A stretch of DNA of 64,000 nucleotides from Candidatus Latescibacterota bacterium (GTDB lineage Bacteria > Latescibacterota > UBA2968 > UBA8231). Both the position numbers and the translations under genes were made by a program. Location: assembly GCA_965243025.1 (NCBI GenBank), contig CBDETY010000003.1, positions 2,752,001 through 2,816,000 on the forward strand, in the 5' to 3' direction. This document shows positions 19,056 through 27,737 of this stretch, piece after piece; position 1 is the stretch's first letter, and every line of letters starts with the position of its first letter. The notes beneath the pieces are model-generated. The model saw only the letters and a program-made list of their open reading frames with translations. It did not search any database and was not told where the DNA came from.

Positions 19056-21476
19056 TCAGAAGATGAGTACCGAGACCGACTTCTGGATCAGGGCGATGGA
19101 GATCGAGGCCATGCCCATGAGCGCCATGCCGCAGGCGAACCCGACCGCCAGGACCGGCGCGTACAGGCGCCACTCCTTCTTGCCGTACTTGCCCCAGAAA
19201 TAGTAGCGGGCCAGCATGGCGCCGATGACCTCGGTGATCATCCAGTGCGGGATCGTGGTCAGGGCCCGGACGTACCCGAAGACCAGCAGGATCGGCAGCC
19301 CGAACATCGACAGCAGGATGTAGCTCCCCAGGCCGACGACGGCGCCGGCGGCGATGATGTTCGGCTTGATGGCCCGGAACAGCCAGGGCTCGTCGGTGGT
19401 GCGCTGGATCCACGGACTCGAGAAGTTCGGGTCGGTGTCGAGGGCGAAATAGTACTGCCAGCCTTCGGGAAGCGGTTCGGAACGGACCACCATCTCCGGT
19501 CTCGGAATGCGGATGATGCCGACGTCGGCTGTCGGCGCGATCGGCGTCACCCCCGGTCCGGTCAGGGCGACCGCGGCCGCCCCCGGGTCGGGCACCGGCT
19601 TCATGGCGCCTGGGGGATGCTCGGGAATCAGCTCCGGCTCGCCCTCGTCGAAGTGGGTGAAGAAGGCCCGCTTCTCCGACCAGGGGCCGGCCTGCCCCTG
19701 CTTGCCCTTCGACTCGAGCCAGTCGGGGTCGACGGCCCGCACCCGCCAGTACCACCACTCCCCCTCGACCAGGTTCGCCGGCTTCCAGGTCGCCTCGGAG
19801 CGGTCGGGCATGTACTCCATTTCGCTGCGCAGAGTCCCGGTGAACCACAGGCAGGTCTGCAGGGCCTGCAGCCTCCACATCACCTGGGCGTACGGGTACG
19901 ACGCCGACGGAATCGGGGCCAGCTTCCAGACGTAGGAGGAGTACAGGAAGGTGGTGAACAGCACGATCGGCACCATGAAGACCTCGGCCTTGATGATGCT
20001 GGTGAAGCGGGTTCCGGTCAGCTCGATCTCGCGGAACTTCTGACACTGGTTGCCGTAGTTCCCCAGGGGAAACGGGATGAACCAGATGTCGACCCCCTGG
20101 TACCCGGACATGATGATGGTGGCCTCGCGCACGAACGGAATGTCGACGCTCTGTCCCACCATGCCGTAGAGGCGGGCGTTGATGAACGACTGCAGCGGGG
20201 TGAAGACGAAGCCGAAGAACAGGAAGAACCAGATGAAGCTCTTGACCGCCGGCAGCAGGAAGAGAGCGATAAGTATCAGGCCGCTCGTCGCCATCGCGTA
20301 CAGCCCCAGCGCCGTCCACAGGGGGAAATCCCCCCTGCCCTTGGGCACCTCCCAGCTTCTCCTGACCTCCCCGGGCCGGTCCGCCGCAGAGCGGGCGCGT
20401 AGCAGGGCCTGGACGACCTGGTAGATGCCGATGACGGCGATCGCCAGGGTCGTGCCTATGCCGAAGCTCATCCAGAAGTCGACGCTGTTGACGAAGAAGG
20501 TCTCGATCGCCCCCATCCCCGGCTGCCAGATATCGAGATATCCGTACTTGTAGAGGAAGGGGTTGGCGATCGAGTGCGCTACGACCCCGAGGAAGGTCCC
20601 CATCACCCCCCAGAACGGGACTACCAGCCCGGCGAAGATCGGTCCGAGATGGGCGGTGAACCCCAGCGGCGTCGCCGGGATGAAGTTGCCGGTGACCTGG
20701 GTGAAGTCGACGAAGGGGATCGGGATCAGCTGGATCGGTTCGGTCAGCAGGGCCCCGGTGATCGCCGGGATGGCGACGTAGAGGGTGCCGAAGACGAGTC
20801 CGATCATCGCCCCCGCGGAAAACACCCGCCAGCGCCAGGACTCGACTCCCTGGGTGGTCTCGGCCAGGGCCGTGGCCCCCTGGGCCGCCACCGGGGCGAA
20901 GGGAAAGGGCAGGCGCTCGTAGTCGGAGTTGACGCGGAAGAGGGCGTAGGCCGCGGTGAACCAGGAGACGCGGGCGATCACCACCCCGGCCACCAGCAGC
21001 ACGATCGGCAGCAGCCAGTCGGAGTGCAGGAAGGTCCGCTGCAGCAGGGCGGCCGATTCGAGGGGCGGCGCGAACCATTCGGGAATCAGGTTGGCGATGC
21101 CGAACTGCTTGGCCGCCGGGGACTGGCGCAGGTACTGGTTCCACAGCAGGCCCTGGAAGGAGCCGGTCTCGGCGGCGATCAGCCCGGCCGCGACGTAGTA
21201 GAGGACGTAGACTTCCTGCTTCCTCAGCGACGTGAAGGAGCGCTTGGTGATCTCGGCGAACAGGATGATCGTCACCCACTCCGCCGCGGCGCCGAGATTG
21301 CCGCCGACCATCAGTCCCAGGTAGATGTTCCCCGGGATCATGATGAAGGAGACGAAGAGGACGCCGAGGATCGTCTTGGTCGTGAACCCCTCCTCGAAGG
21401 TCGAGGGGGTCTCGAGCAGATCCCGGTACTCTTCTATTTCCGCGTTGGGGTTCTTGTCTTTGCGAAACAGCCTCAC
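19056..21476 (-). CDS. OPT/YSL-like oligopeptide transporter with an extracytoplasmic insert
   Basis: Many TM segments; FIMIPGNIYLGLMVGG (OPT TM1-like YLGL..G), QEVYVL, ERLPFPFAPVAAQGA (OPT LxFP motif). Confidence 0.75.
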   Translation of the reverse strand: MRLFRKDKNPNAEIEEYRDLLETPSTFEEGFTTKTILGVLFVSFIMIPGNIYLGLMVGGNLGAAAEWVTIILFAEITKRSFTSLRKQEVYVLYYVAAGLIAAETGSFQGLLWNQYLRQSPAAKQFGIANLIPEWFAPPLESAALLQRTFLHSDWLLPIVLLVAGVVIARVSWFTAAYALFRVNSDYERLPFPFAPVAAQGATALAETTQGVESWRWRVFSAGAMIGLVFGTLYVAIPAITGALLTEPIQLIPIPFVDFTQVTGNFIPATPLGFTAHLGPIFAGLVVPFWGVMGTFLGVVAHSIANPFLYKYGYLDIWQPGMGAIETFFVNSVDFWMSFGIGTTLAIAVIGIYQVVQALLRARSAADRPGEVRRSWEVPKGRGDFPLWTALGLYAMATSGLILIALFLLPAVKSFIWFFLFFGFVFTPLQSFINARLYGMVGQSVDIPFVREATIIMSGYQGVDIWFIPFPLGNYGNQCQKFREIELTGTRFTSIIKAEVFMVPIVLFTTFLYSSYVWKLAPIPSASYPYAQVMWRLQALQTCLWFTGTLRSEMEYMPDRSEATWKPANLVEGEWWYWRVRAVDPDWLESKGKQGQAGPWSEKRAFFTHFDEGEPELIPEHPPGAMKPVPDPGAAAVALTGPGVTPIAPTADVGIIRIPRPEMVVRSEPLPEGWQYYFALDTDPNFSSPWIQRTTDEPWLFRAIKPNIIAAGAVVGLGSYILLSMFGLPILLVFGYVRALTTIPHWMITEVIGAMLARYYFWGKYGKKEWRLYAPVLAVGFACGMALMGMASISIALIQKSVSVLIF

Positions 21477-21518
21477 TTGAGGGTCCCTTTGCTCGCTCCG
21501 TACGCCTGCGGCGGTTCC

Positions 21519-24500
21519 TTACGCCGACACCTCGGTGCGCTCACCTGCGAGGATCTCGTCCCCCTGCTGGCGGTACGCGTCCTTGGCCTCGGCGTCGACG
21601 GTCCGCCAGATCAGGAACTGCTTGCGGATGACGTTCATGAAGCGCTGGTTGACCCGCCGCCAGGAGGCATCCTCGCCGCTGAGGCGGCGGATGTCCAGCG
21701 ATATCGAGTAGATGTTGTGCTCCGACTCCGGGTTTGCCCGGATGACGACGTGCTGGCTCACCCCGAGGTCGAACGGAGCCAGCCAGATGTTCATGTCGAT
21801 CGAGTAGCCCTCGCCGTGCTCCGAGTCGAACCGCTGCAGGGTCGCCCCGTCGGTGTAGAAGGTGCCGATCGACTCCTCGCTGTACGAGTCGAAGTAGCCG
21901 ATCAGGAAGACGCTGAGGCCGACGACGTCGTGCCCGCTGACCGTGAACGGGAACTCGAAATGCCACTCGTCTCCCGACGGGGGCGGCAGGCGCCACTTGC
22001 GGGTGACGTCGGGAACCGCCATCTGCGAGGCCTTGCGGGCCGGGTAGACCGTCGACAGCATGACCACGGCCATCACCAGGATGCAGGACATCACCGCCGA
22101 CAGCGACGAGTAGTTGAGGGTGAAGCCGGCGACCAGGTCGAACTTGATCAGCGTCGTCGCCGTGATCTGCCCGGCGAGGTACCCGGCGACCACCCCGAGG
22201 ACTGCGTAGACGCAGGACTCGGCCATGAACAGCCATGATATGTGGCCCGGTGCCAGTCCGACCGACGAGTAGACGCCGATCTCGCGGAAGCGCTCGTACA
22301 CGCTCCCCATCATCGTGTTCAGCACGATCAGGGCGGCGATCAGGATCGGGATGAACAGGTTGGCCATGCCCGAAAGGGAGGTCATGCCGAGGGAGCTGTA
22401 GATGGAGACGCGGATGTACTCTTCCCCCTCTTCCTGAACCCCGGCGAACAGGGTGACCGCCAGCCGCGACAGGAACTCCTCGATCTCGAGGCGCACCGGG
22501 GCGTCCTCGTCCTCGAAGCGGACCGCCACCGACTGCAGCGGGTTGCCGCTGCCGATGTTGCGCAGGGTGTGGTAGGGGACGATCAGGGTGTTGGCCGGCT
22601 CGAGGTGGACGAACGGCTTGATCACGACCTTGGCGTCCTCGAGGCCCTCCTTCTCCCGCTTCTCCTCCTCGGCCATCTCCTGCACCGCCTGGCCGCCGGT
22701 GACGGCGAAATCGGCGGGAGTCATCATCTCGTCGTCGAGGTCCTTCAGCTGTTTCATCTTCTTCGAGCTGATCACGCCGACGATGCGGAACTGATCGCCG
22801 AACACGCGGACCTCGACGGGCTCTCCGGCGTTCACCGCGGCCAGGTCGACGTCGAGCTTGTCCTGCGTCTCCCCGATCATGTCGTTGGGGATGATGCAGA
22901 CCTTCTCCTCCCCGGGCCGGAACCAGCGCCCCGCCATCACGGCGCGGTTTAGGCCGGTGATCTCGCTCTCCTGCGGGGTCAGGCCGAGCACCCCGAGGGC
23001 GTTATGCTCGCCGACGCCGCGCTTCATCTTGATGTGGGCCTTGGTCCTGTTGTCGTACCAGCTGCGCGGCGCCACCACGGCGCGGTCGCCGAAGTGGCTC
23101 AGGGCGTACTCGTACACCGACTCCTCGAGAGGGGTCCAGGCCTTGCTGCGGATCATGATCCCCTCGTAGAGGCCCTCGTTGTCGCGCTCGATCTGGTTGA
23201 AGCGCAGCGACGTCTGGATCGACGTGAAGGAGAGCACCGTGAAGGTCAGCAGCAGCAGGGTCGTGAACGTGAGAACGGTGCGCAGCTTGCGCCGCTTCAT
23301 GTTGGAGATGCCGAGCAGGAAGGCGGTCAGCGAGGCGCTGGAGCGGGACACGTCGGTGTCGTGAATCACCGCCACCTCGGTGCGCAACTTCTTCATCTGC
23401 TCGTTGAAGCGGCCCGATATCAGCCAGATGACGAGCACGGCCAGCGCCAGGATCACGAAGGCGAGCAGGATCACGAAGGGATTGGAGAGCCGGAAGGCCG
23501 GGTGCACCAGCGACAGGACGACCCAGATGACGATGAAGATGCTGCCGAATCCGAGGATCTGGTTCTTGATCGTCGCCGCGGTGATCAGCAGGCGCTCGGC
23601 GAAGTAGGCGCAGGGCAGGACCAGGGCCATGAAGAAGATGATGCCCCGGATGACGTCGTTCTGCGTCGACTTGACGTCGGGATAGGCGCGCGATTCCAGG
23701 CCGATGGCGGCGCGCGTGTACTTGACGAAGTCACCCCACTGCTTCGATGCCAGCGCCTGCTCCGCCTTTTCGAGCTCCGCCCCGGCGCGCTCGTGCAGGG
23801 CGTTGAGGCGCTGGTTTTCGATCGCGAAGCTCCTCAGCTCGCGCATGCGGGCCTCGTCGAGAGTCCACATGTCCCGGGCGGAGCGGTAGGAGGTGCGCGC
23901 GAAGGAGGTCCCCGGCTGGATGGCGAACCCCGCCCCGAGGGCGAGCTCCTTGTCGTCGGCCGACTCGGAGTTGAGCAGCAGGGAGCGGAACCCGAGGATG
24001 CTGGCGCCGAAGCCGAGCTTGATGATGGTTCCCGGGCGGGCGAACAGCACCCCGACCGCCTCGTCCCTCGCGGAGGGGCCCTCGCCGATGGTGTAGCCGT
24101 ACTCGACCGGCGTCGTGTTGGTCTCGTCGAAGACCGTCACCTGCGAAAGCTTGGTCAGGTAGCGCGGGTCGACGATGTCGAAGAAGTTGAACGACTCGCA
24201 CGGAAACAGCACCACCATCCACTGCTTGTCGCGCCAGTCCATGCTGATCTTCATCGGGTAGGACCCGTCCCCCTGCTCGCCGCGGTCCGGCGCGTAGGTG
24301 ACGCTGCCGGTGGCAGGGTCCATGAAGTACCCCTCGATCTGCACCGAGTTGACGCGAATGCGGTTGTCGAAGAAGGCGCCGTCGGCGTCGACCACCTCGA
24401 AGTGCTCGCCGCGCACCCCCTTGTAGGACTTCTTCTTGCCGTTGCGGACCGCGGCGACCGCCCCGGGCCGCGGCAGGTCGGGAACGATGCTGCGCCTCGG

Positions 24501-26300
24501 GAAAACCATCGTCCTGGCCTTCAGGGTGCGCATGGTGTCCTTCAGGCGCATCTTGAAGTCCGGGAACAGCTCCGGGTCCTCGAAAGCCATGTGGAACATC
24601 CCGGCCAGCGCCCTTATCTGGCGCGCCAGGTTCTCGTGGTTGATCTCGGAGGCGCGGTCGAGCGGGGTGTCGGCGAGAAAGCGGGCGTCGTTCACGGTGA
24701 CGAAGGCCAGGGCCGGCGTGCCGGTGTCGAGGACGAGCTCGCTGTTCACGGAGATCTCGCCGGGAACGAAAGTCTCCCAGCTCTTGCCCCCCTCCGGGCT
24801 GATGCCGTTGACGAGGATGTCGCGGTCGTCGTACCCCAACTCGCGGCTGAGGACGCGGGCGTACGACATGAAGTTCTTGCCGAAGGGAGCGAAGTAGCGC
24901 TTGTAGTAGAAGCTCGTGTTGCTGTTCCAGACCCCGAGCTCGTCGGTCTGCGTCGACAGGTCGAGGCTGACGAACAGCTTGACGTCGAGGGAGTCGACCT
25001 TGGGATCGACCCATTCCTTGTAGAAGGCGAGCCTGAGGTCCTCGTCGTCGGCCAGTTCCTCCCCGAGCTTCTCCAGGCTGGAGAAGGATTCGTCGGCGAC
25101 TGCGAACCGGTCCCCTTCCCGCCGCACCACCTCATCCTCCTCAAGGGCGGCCTCGAGGACGGAACGGACCAGGATCGTATCGGTCTCGGCGATCTCCCGG
25201 ATCAGCCCTTCCTTGCCGTGGAACTCGAGATTCCCCAGCCGGTAGACCACCCCTTCCGACTCTATCAGGCCCCTGGCCAGCGCCGCCTCGACGACCCTGC
25301 GAACGACCATGCGGTCGATGAAGGGGTCCTCCTTGCGCAGGTAGCGCTGGATGAAATCGTCGACGCCGCGCAAGGCGAGATGGTGCGCCGACGTCGCCAG
25401 GAAGATCACCGTCCGCGAGGGCGGATTGTCGCGGAAATACCTGGCTAGCTCGAGCAGGGCGGAGATGCCCGCCGCCTGCTCGGCCCCGGGAGCGAGGGCC
25501 GGCACCACCGACATGGCGTCGTAGTACGCCTCGATGACGATGGTGTCCTCCTTGAGGAGCGGATCGTACCCGGGGATGGCCCCGAGGATGTTCCAGGCCG
25601 GCCGGCGCTCCCAGTCCATGCGGTACTCGAGGTGCACCGGCAGCGAGCCGCCCTCCTGCAGCCGCCCCCGCAGGTTTTCGGCGTCCTGCTTCGAGATCCA
25701 GAAGCGCGGCATGTCGAGCGGCATGGTGAGGAACTTCTTCTCACCCTCGAGATAGACCGTCGAGTCCGGCTCGGCGAACAGGATCGCCTCGGCGCCGAGG
25801 TAGGCGCAGTTCAGCCAGTTGTCGCCGGAGTTGAACTCGAGGAGGACGACCGATCCCTCGATGTCGGTACCCGAGAGCTCGGGAAACTCCCCGGTGCCGC
25901 CGTACACGAGGTGCGCGTCGATGCCGCCGTCGGGAAGGGTGGAGGTGCGCACGAGGTTGGGCCACAGACCGTGAATCGCGAACCGCCCCTCCTCGCCGGG
26001 AACCTCGAGGAATCCCCCCTTCTCCACCGGGATCGAGATGTCGTACTTCTGGAAGGAAATCCCGTCCAGCCCGATCTCGCGGAACTGGTGCTGGATGTAG
26101 AGGGCGGCGGATTCAGCGCCGGGATACCCGGCGACGCGGGAGCCGAGGCCGGAGAAATACCCGATGGTTTCTTCGAGTCGCTGCTTCGGGGCCAGCCGCT
26201 CGAGCGCCCTGAAATCGACTTCGGCGTAAAGGGGCGGGCTCGACCCCAGGATGGCGCTCCCCAGTAGAGCCGTGAGCGCGCTGGCGGGGCGTATTCTCAT
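21519..26300 (-). CDS. 1593-aa fusion: signal peptide + M28-like peptidase/PA domain + TM bundle + MacB periplasmic domain + FtsX-like permease
   Basis: SRVAGYPG, WNILGAIPG, TIVIEAYYDA, PGAEQAAGISALLELARYF, LFVSLDLS (M28 scaffold); SNMKRRKLRTVLT (MacB N-terminus); LNTMMGSVYERFREIGVYSSVGL (FtsX signature). Confidence 0.88.
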   Translation of the reverse strand: MRIRPASALTALLGSAILGSSPPLYAEVDFRALERLAPKQRLEETIGYFSGLGSRVAGYPGAESAALYIQHQFREIGLDGISFQKYDISIPVEKGGFLEVPGEEGRFAIHGLWPNLVRTSTLPDGGIDAHLVYGGTGEFPELSGTDIEGSVVLLEFNSGDNWLNCAYLGAEAILFAEPDSTVYLEGEKKFLTMPLDMPRFWISKQDAENLRGRLQEGGSLPVHLEYRMDWERRPAWNILGAIPGYDPLLKEDTIVIEAYYDAMSVVPALAPGAEQAAGISALLELARYFRDNPPSRTVIFLATSAHHLALRGVDDFIQRYLRKEDPFIDRMVVRRVVEAALARGLIESEGVVYRLGNLEFHGKEGLIREIAETDTILVRSVLEAALEEDEVVRREGDRFAVADESFSSLEKLGEELADDEDLRLAFYKEWVDPKVDSLDVKLFVSLDLSTQTDELGVWNSNTSFYYKRYFAPFGKNFMSYARVLSRELGYDDRDILVNGISPEGGKSWETFVPGEISVNSELVLDTGTPALAFVTVNDARFLADTPLDRASEINHENLARQIRALAGMFHMAFEDPELFPDFKMRLKDTMRTLKARTMVFPRRSIVPDLPRPGAVAAVRNGKKKSYKGVRGEHFEVVDADGAFFDNRIRVNSVQIEGYFMDPATGSVTYAPDRGEQGDGSYPMKISMDWRDKQWMVVLFPCESFNFFDIVDPRYLTKLSQVTVFDETNTTPVEYGYTIGEGPSARDEAVGVLFARPGTIIKLGFGASILGFRSLLLNSESADDKELALGAGFAIQPGTSFARTSYRSARDMWTLDEARMRELRSFAIENQRLNALHERAGAELEKAEQALASKQWGDFVKYTRAAIGLESRAYPDVKSTQNDVIRGIIFFMALVLPCAYFAERLLITAATIKNQILGFGSIFIVIWVVLSLVHPAFRLSNPFVILLAFVILALAVLVIWLISGRFNEQMKKLRTEVAVIHDTDVSRSSASLTAFLLGISNMKRRKLRTVLTFTTLLLLTFTVLSFTSIQTSLRFNQIERDNEGLYEGIMIRSKAWTPLEESVYEYALSHFGDRAVVAPRSWYDNRTKAHIKMKRGVGEHNALGVLGLTPQESEITGLNRAVMAGRWFRPGEEKVCIIPNDMIGETQDKLDVDLAAVNAGEPVEVRVFGDQFRIVGVISSKKMKQLKDLDDEMMTPADFAVTGGQAVQEMAEEEKREKEGLEDAKVVIKPFVHLEPANTLIVPYHTLRNIGSGNPLQSVAVRFEDEDAPVRLEIEEFLSRLAVTLFAGVQEEGEEYIRVSIYSSLGMTSLSGMANLFIPILIAALIVLNTMMGSVYERFREIGVYSSVGLAPGHISWLFMAESCVYAVLGVVAGYLAGQITATTLIKFDLVAGFTLNYSSLSAVMSCILVMAVVMLSTVYPARKASQMAVPDVTRKWRLPPPSGDEWHFEFPFTVSGHDVVGLSVFLIGYFDSYSEESIGTFYTDGATLQRFDSEHGEGYSIDMNIWLAPFDLGVSQHVVIRANPESEHNIYSISLDIRRLSGEDASWRRVNQRFMNVIRKQFLIWRTVDAEAKDAYRQQGDEILAGERTEVSA

Positions 26301-26488
26301 GCGCTTGGATGGATGGTTTGTCGGAGGCCTTGCGGAACGAACGCGGAAGTTGCCTGCGGAGCGTTGCCGATTGTTCGGTTCAAATGCCGTTCGGAATTCG
26401 GATTTTCAATGCCGGCTCAAGCGCACAAATAAAGGAGAATACGCTTTTCGGGCAATTGCCAACCCCCCCGGCAGGGTCTGCCGCGCCG

Positions 26489-27001
26489 TCAGCTCCGTTC
26501 GAGGCGCCGCAGCCGGGCGGCGCACCAGTGGGCGACCAGGCCGATCGCAAAGCCGCTGACCAGTCCCGTGAGCATGAAGAGGGGCAGGAAGGCGAGCAGG
26601 CCGGAGTGATTGAGGTAGACGCGGGCGATGAGCAGCTGGATCAGCTGATGGGTGACCGCTCCGAGAACGCTCAACCCGACCAGACTGAAAACACCCGGGG
26701 CCAGGCGGTGGGCCAGCGCCATGGCGGTCACGCTGGCGATTCCGGCTCCCCCGCCGATGGCGAAGGCCGGACTGCCGAAACCGCCGCTCACCAGGCCGCC
26801 GGCGGCGATCTTGACCACGGCGACCGCGATGGCGGGAAGCCCCCCGAAAAGCTCGAGGGCGACGACGACGGGAAGGTTCCCGAGTCCCAGCTTCATCCAC
26901 GGAAGGGGCCGGGGCGCCACCGCCTCCAGGAGGAAGAGGACCAGGCCGGCGCCGGCGAGCAGGCCGAGCCGGGTCAGCTGCCTTGCGGACATCGGCGGCA
27001 T
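26489..27001 (-). CDS. Gx transporter family protein (heptaprenyl diphosphate synthase component I-like)
   Basis: LFLLEAVAPRPLPWMKLGLGNL and SLVGLSVLGAVTHQLIQL family motifs; adjacent to a NusG domain II gene, as is usual. Confidence 0.85.
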   Translation of the reverse strand: MPPMSARQLTRLGLLAGAGLVLFLLEAVAPRPLPWMKLGLGNLPVVVALELFGGLPAIAVAVVKIAAGGLVSGGFGSPAFAIGGGAGIASVTAMALAHRLAPGVFSLVGLSVLGAVTHQLIQLLIARVYLNHSGLLAFLPLFMLTGLVSGFAIGLVAHWCAARLRRLERS

Positions 27002-27005
27002 CCGC

Positions 27006-27407
27006 TCAGCCGCTGAAGGCGTCTACGCCGCCGGGCCGCTTCGGGGAGCGCTCCCCGCGCAGGAGCAGGACCATCCCGTTCGGGACGCAGGCGGCGATCT
27101 CCCCGATACCCTCGATCCACCCGGCGAGGACGCAGATGCGGTTGCGGCACCCGGCTTCGGCGAAGCGGGCGGCCCCGTCGCGGACCTCGATCACCACTTC
27201 ACCGGTGCGGGCCCGCAGGACCTGCCTGCCGTTCCTGTCCAGCGGAAAAACCGCCACTTCCCTGCCCTCGACCTCGACCACGGCGACCGAAGCCGCGGCG
27301 GCCGGGGGCTGCCTCCAGGCCGCCAGCAAGGCTGCGGCGGCGACCGCCAGGATCAGGGCGGCGTCCCCGGGGGTAAGGATTCTCCTCAGTTCGAACCAGT
27401 CTCGCAT
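27006..27407 (-). CDS. NusG domain II-containing membrane-anchored protein
   Basis: TPGDAALI N-terminal TM, then EAGCRNRICVLAGWI...IAACVPNGMV (CxxxxC...CxPN). Confidence 0.85.
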   Translation of the reverse strand: MRDWFELRRILTPGDAALILAVAAAALLAAWRQPPAAAASVAVVEVEGREVAVFPLDRNGRQVLRARTGEVVIEVRDGAARFAEAGCRNRICVLAGWIEGIGEIAACVPNGMVLLLRGERSPKRPGGVDAFSG

Positions 27408-27737
27408 GGTCTGCACGGGTGGCCGGAAATTTCCGGATTGCGCGGGTAATGTACGGGTTTGGCCTCGGGAGCCGCCCCGTCCCCCGTTCCGTGCCCGCCC
27501 TCCTTCCCCCGCCCTCTCCTCTGCCGGGCAACTCCCCTCCTCGCCCGGGAACCGCGCCAAAGACGGATTGTCCATGGGTACCTGCTCCGATAACCCGAGG
27601 GGTCCGAATCCTCCGCGAGGCTCATATCAACCGTTCCTGGGATGGCGTAACCTGTTGTTCCTGTTCATCATGCGGTATTTCTCCCTTTTTTCGGGGACCC
27701 CGCTTGGATATATTGAGGGTCAGCGGAAGGAATTTCA

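Noticed and set aside
26440-26465. Sigma54 promoter upstream of the giant gene
   Set aside because: TGGCA and TTGC are adjacent rather than at -24/-12 spacing.
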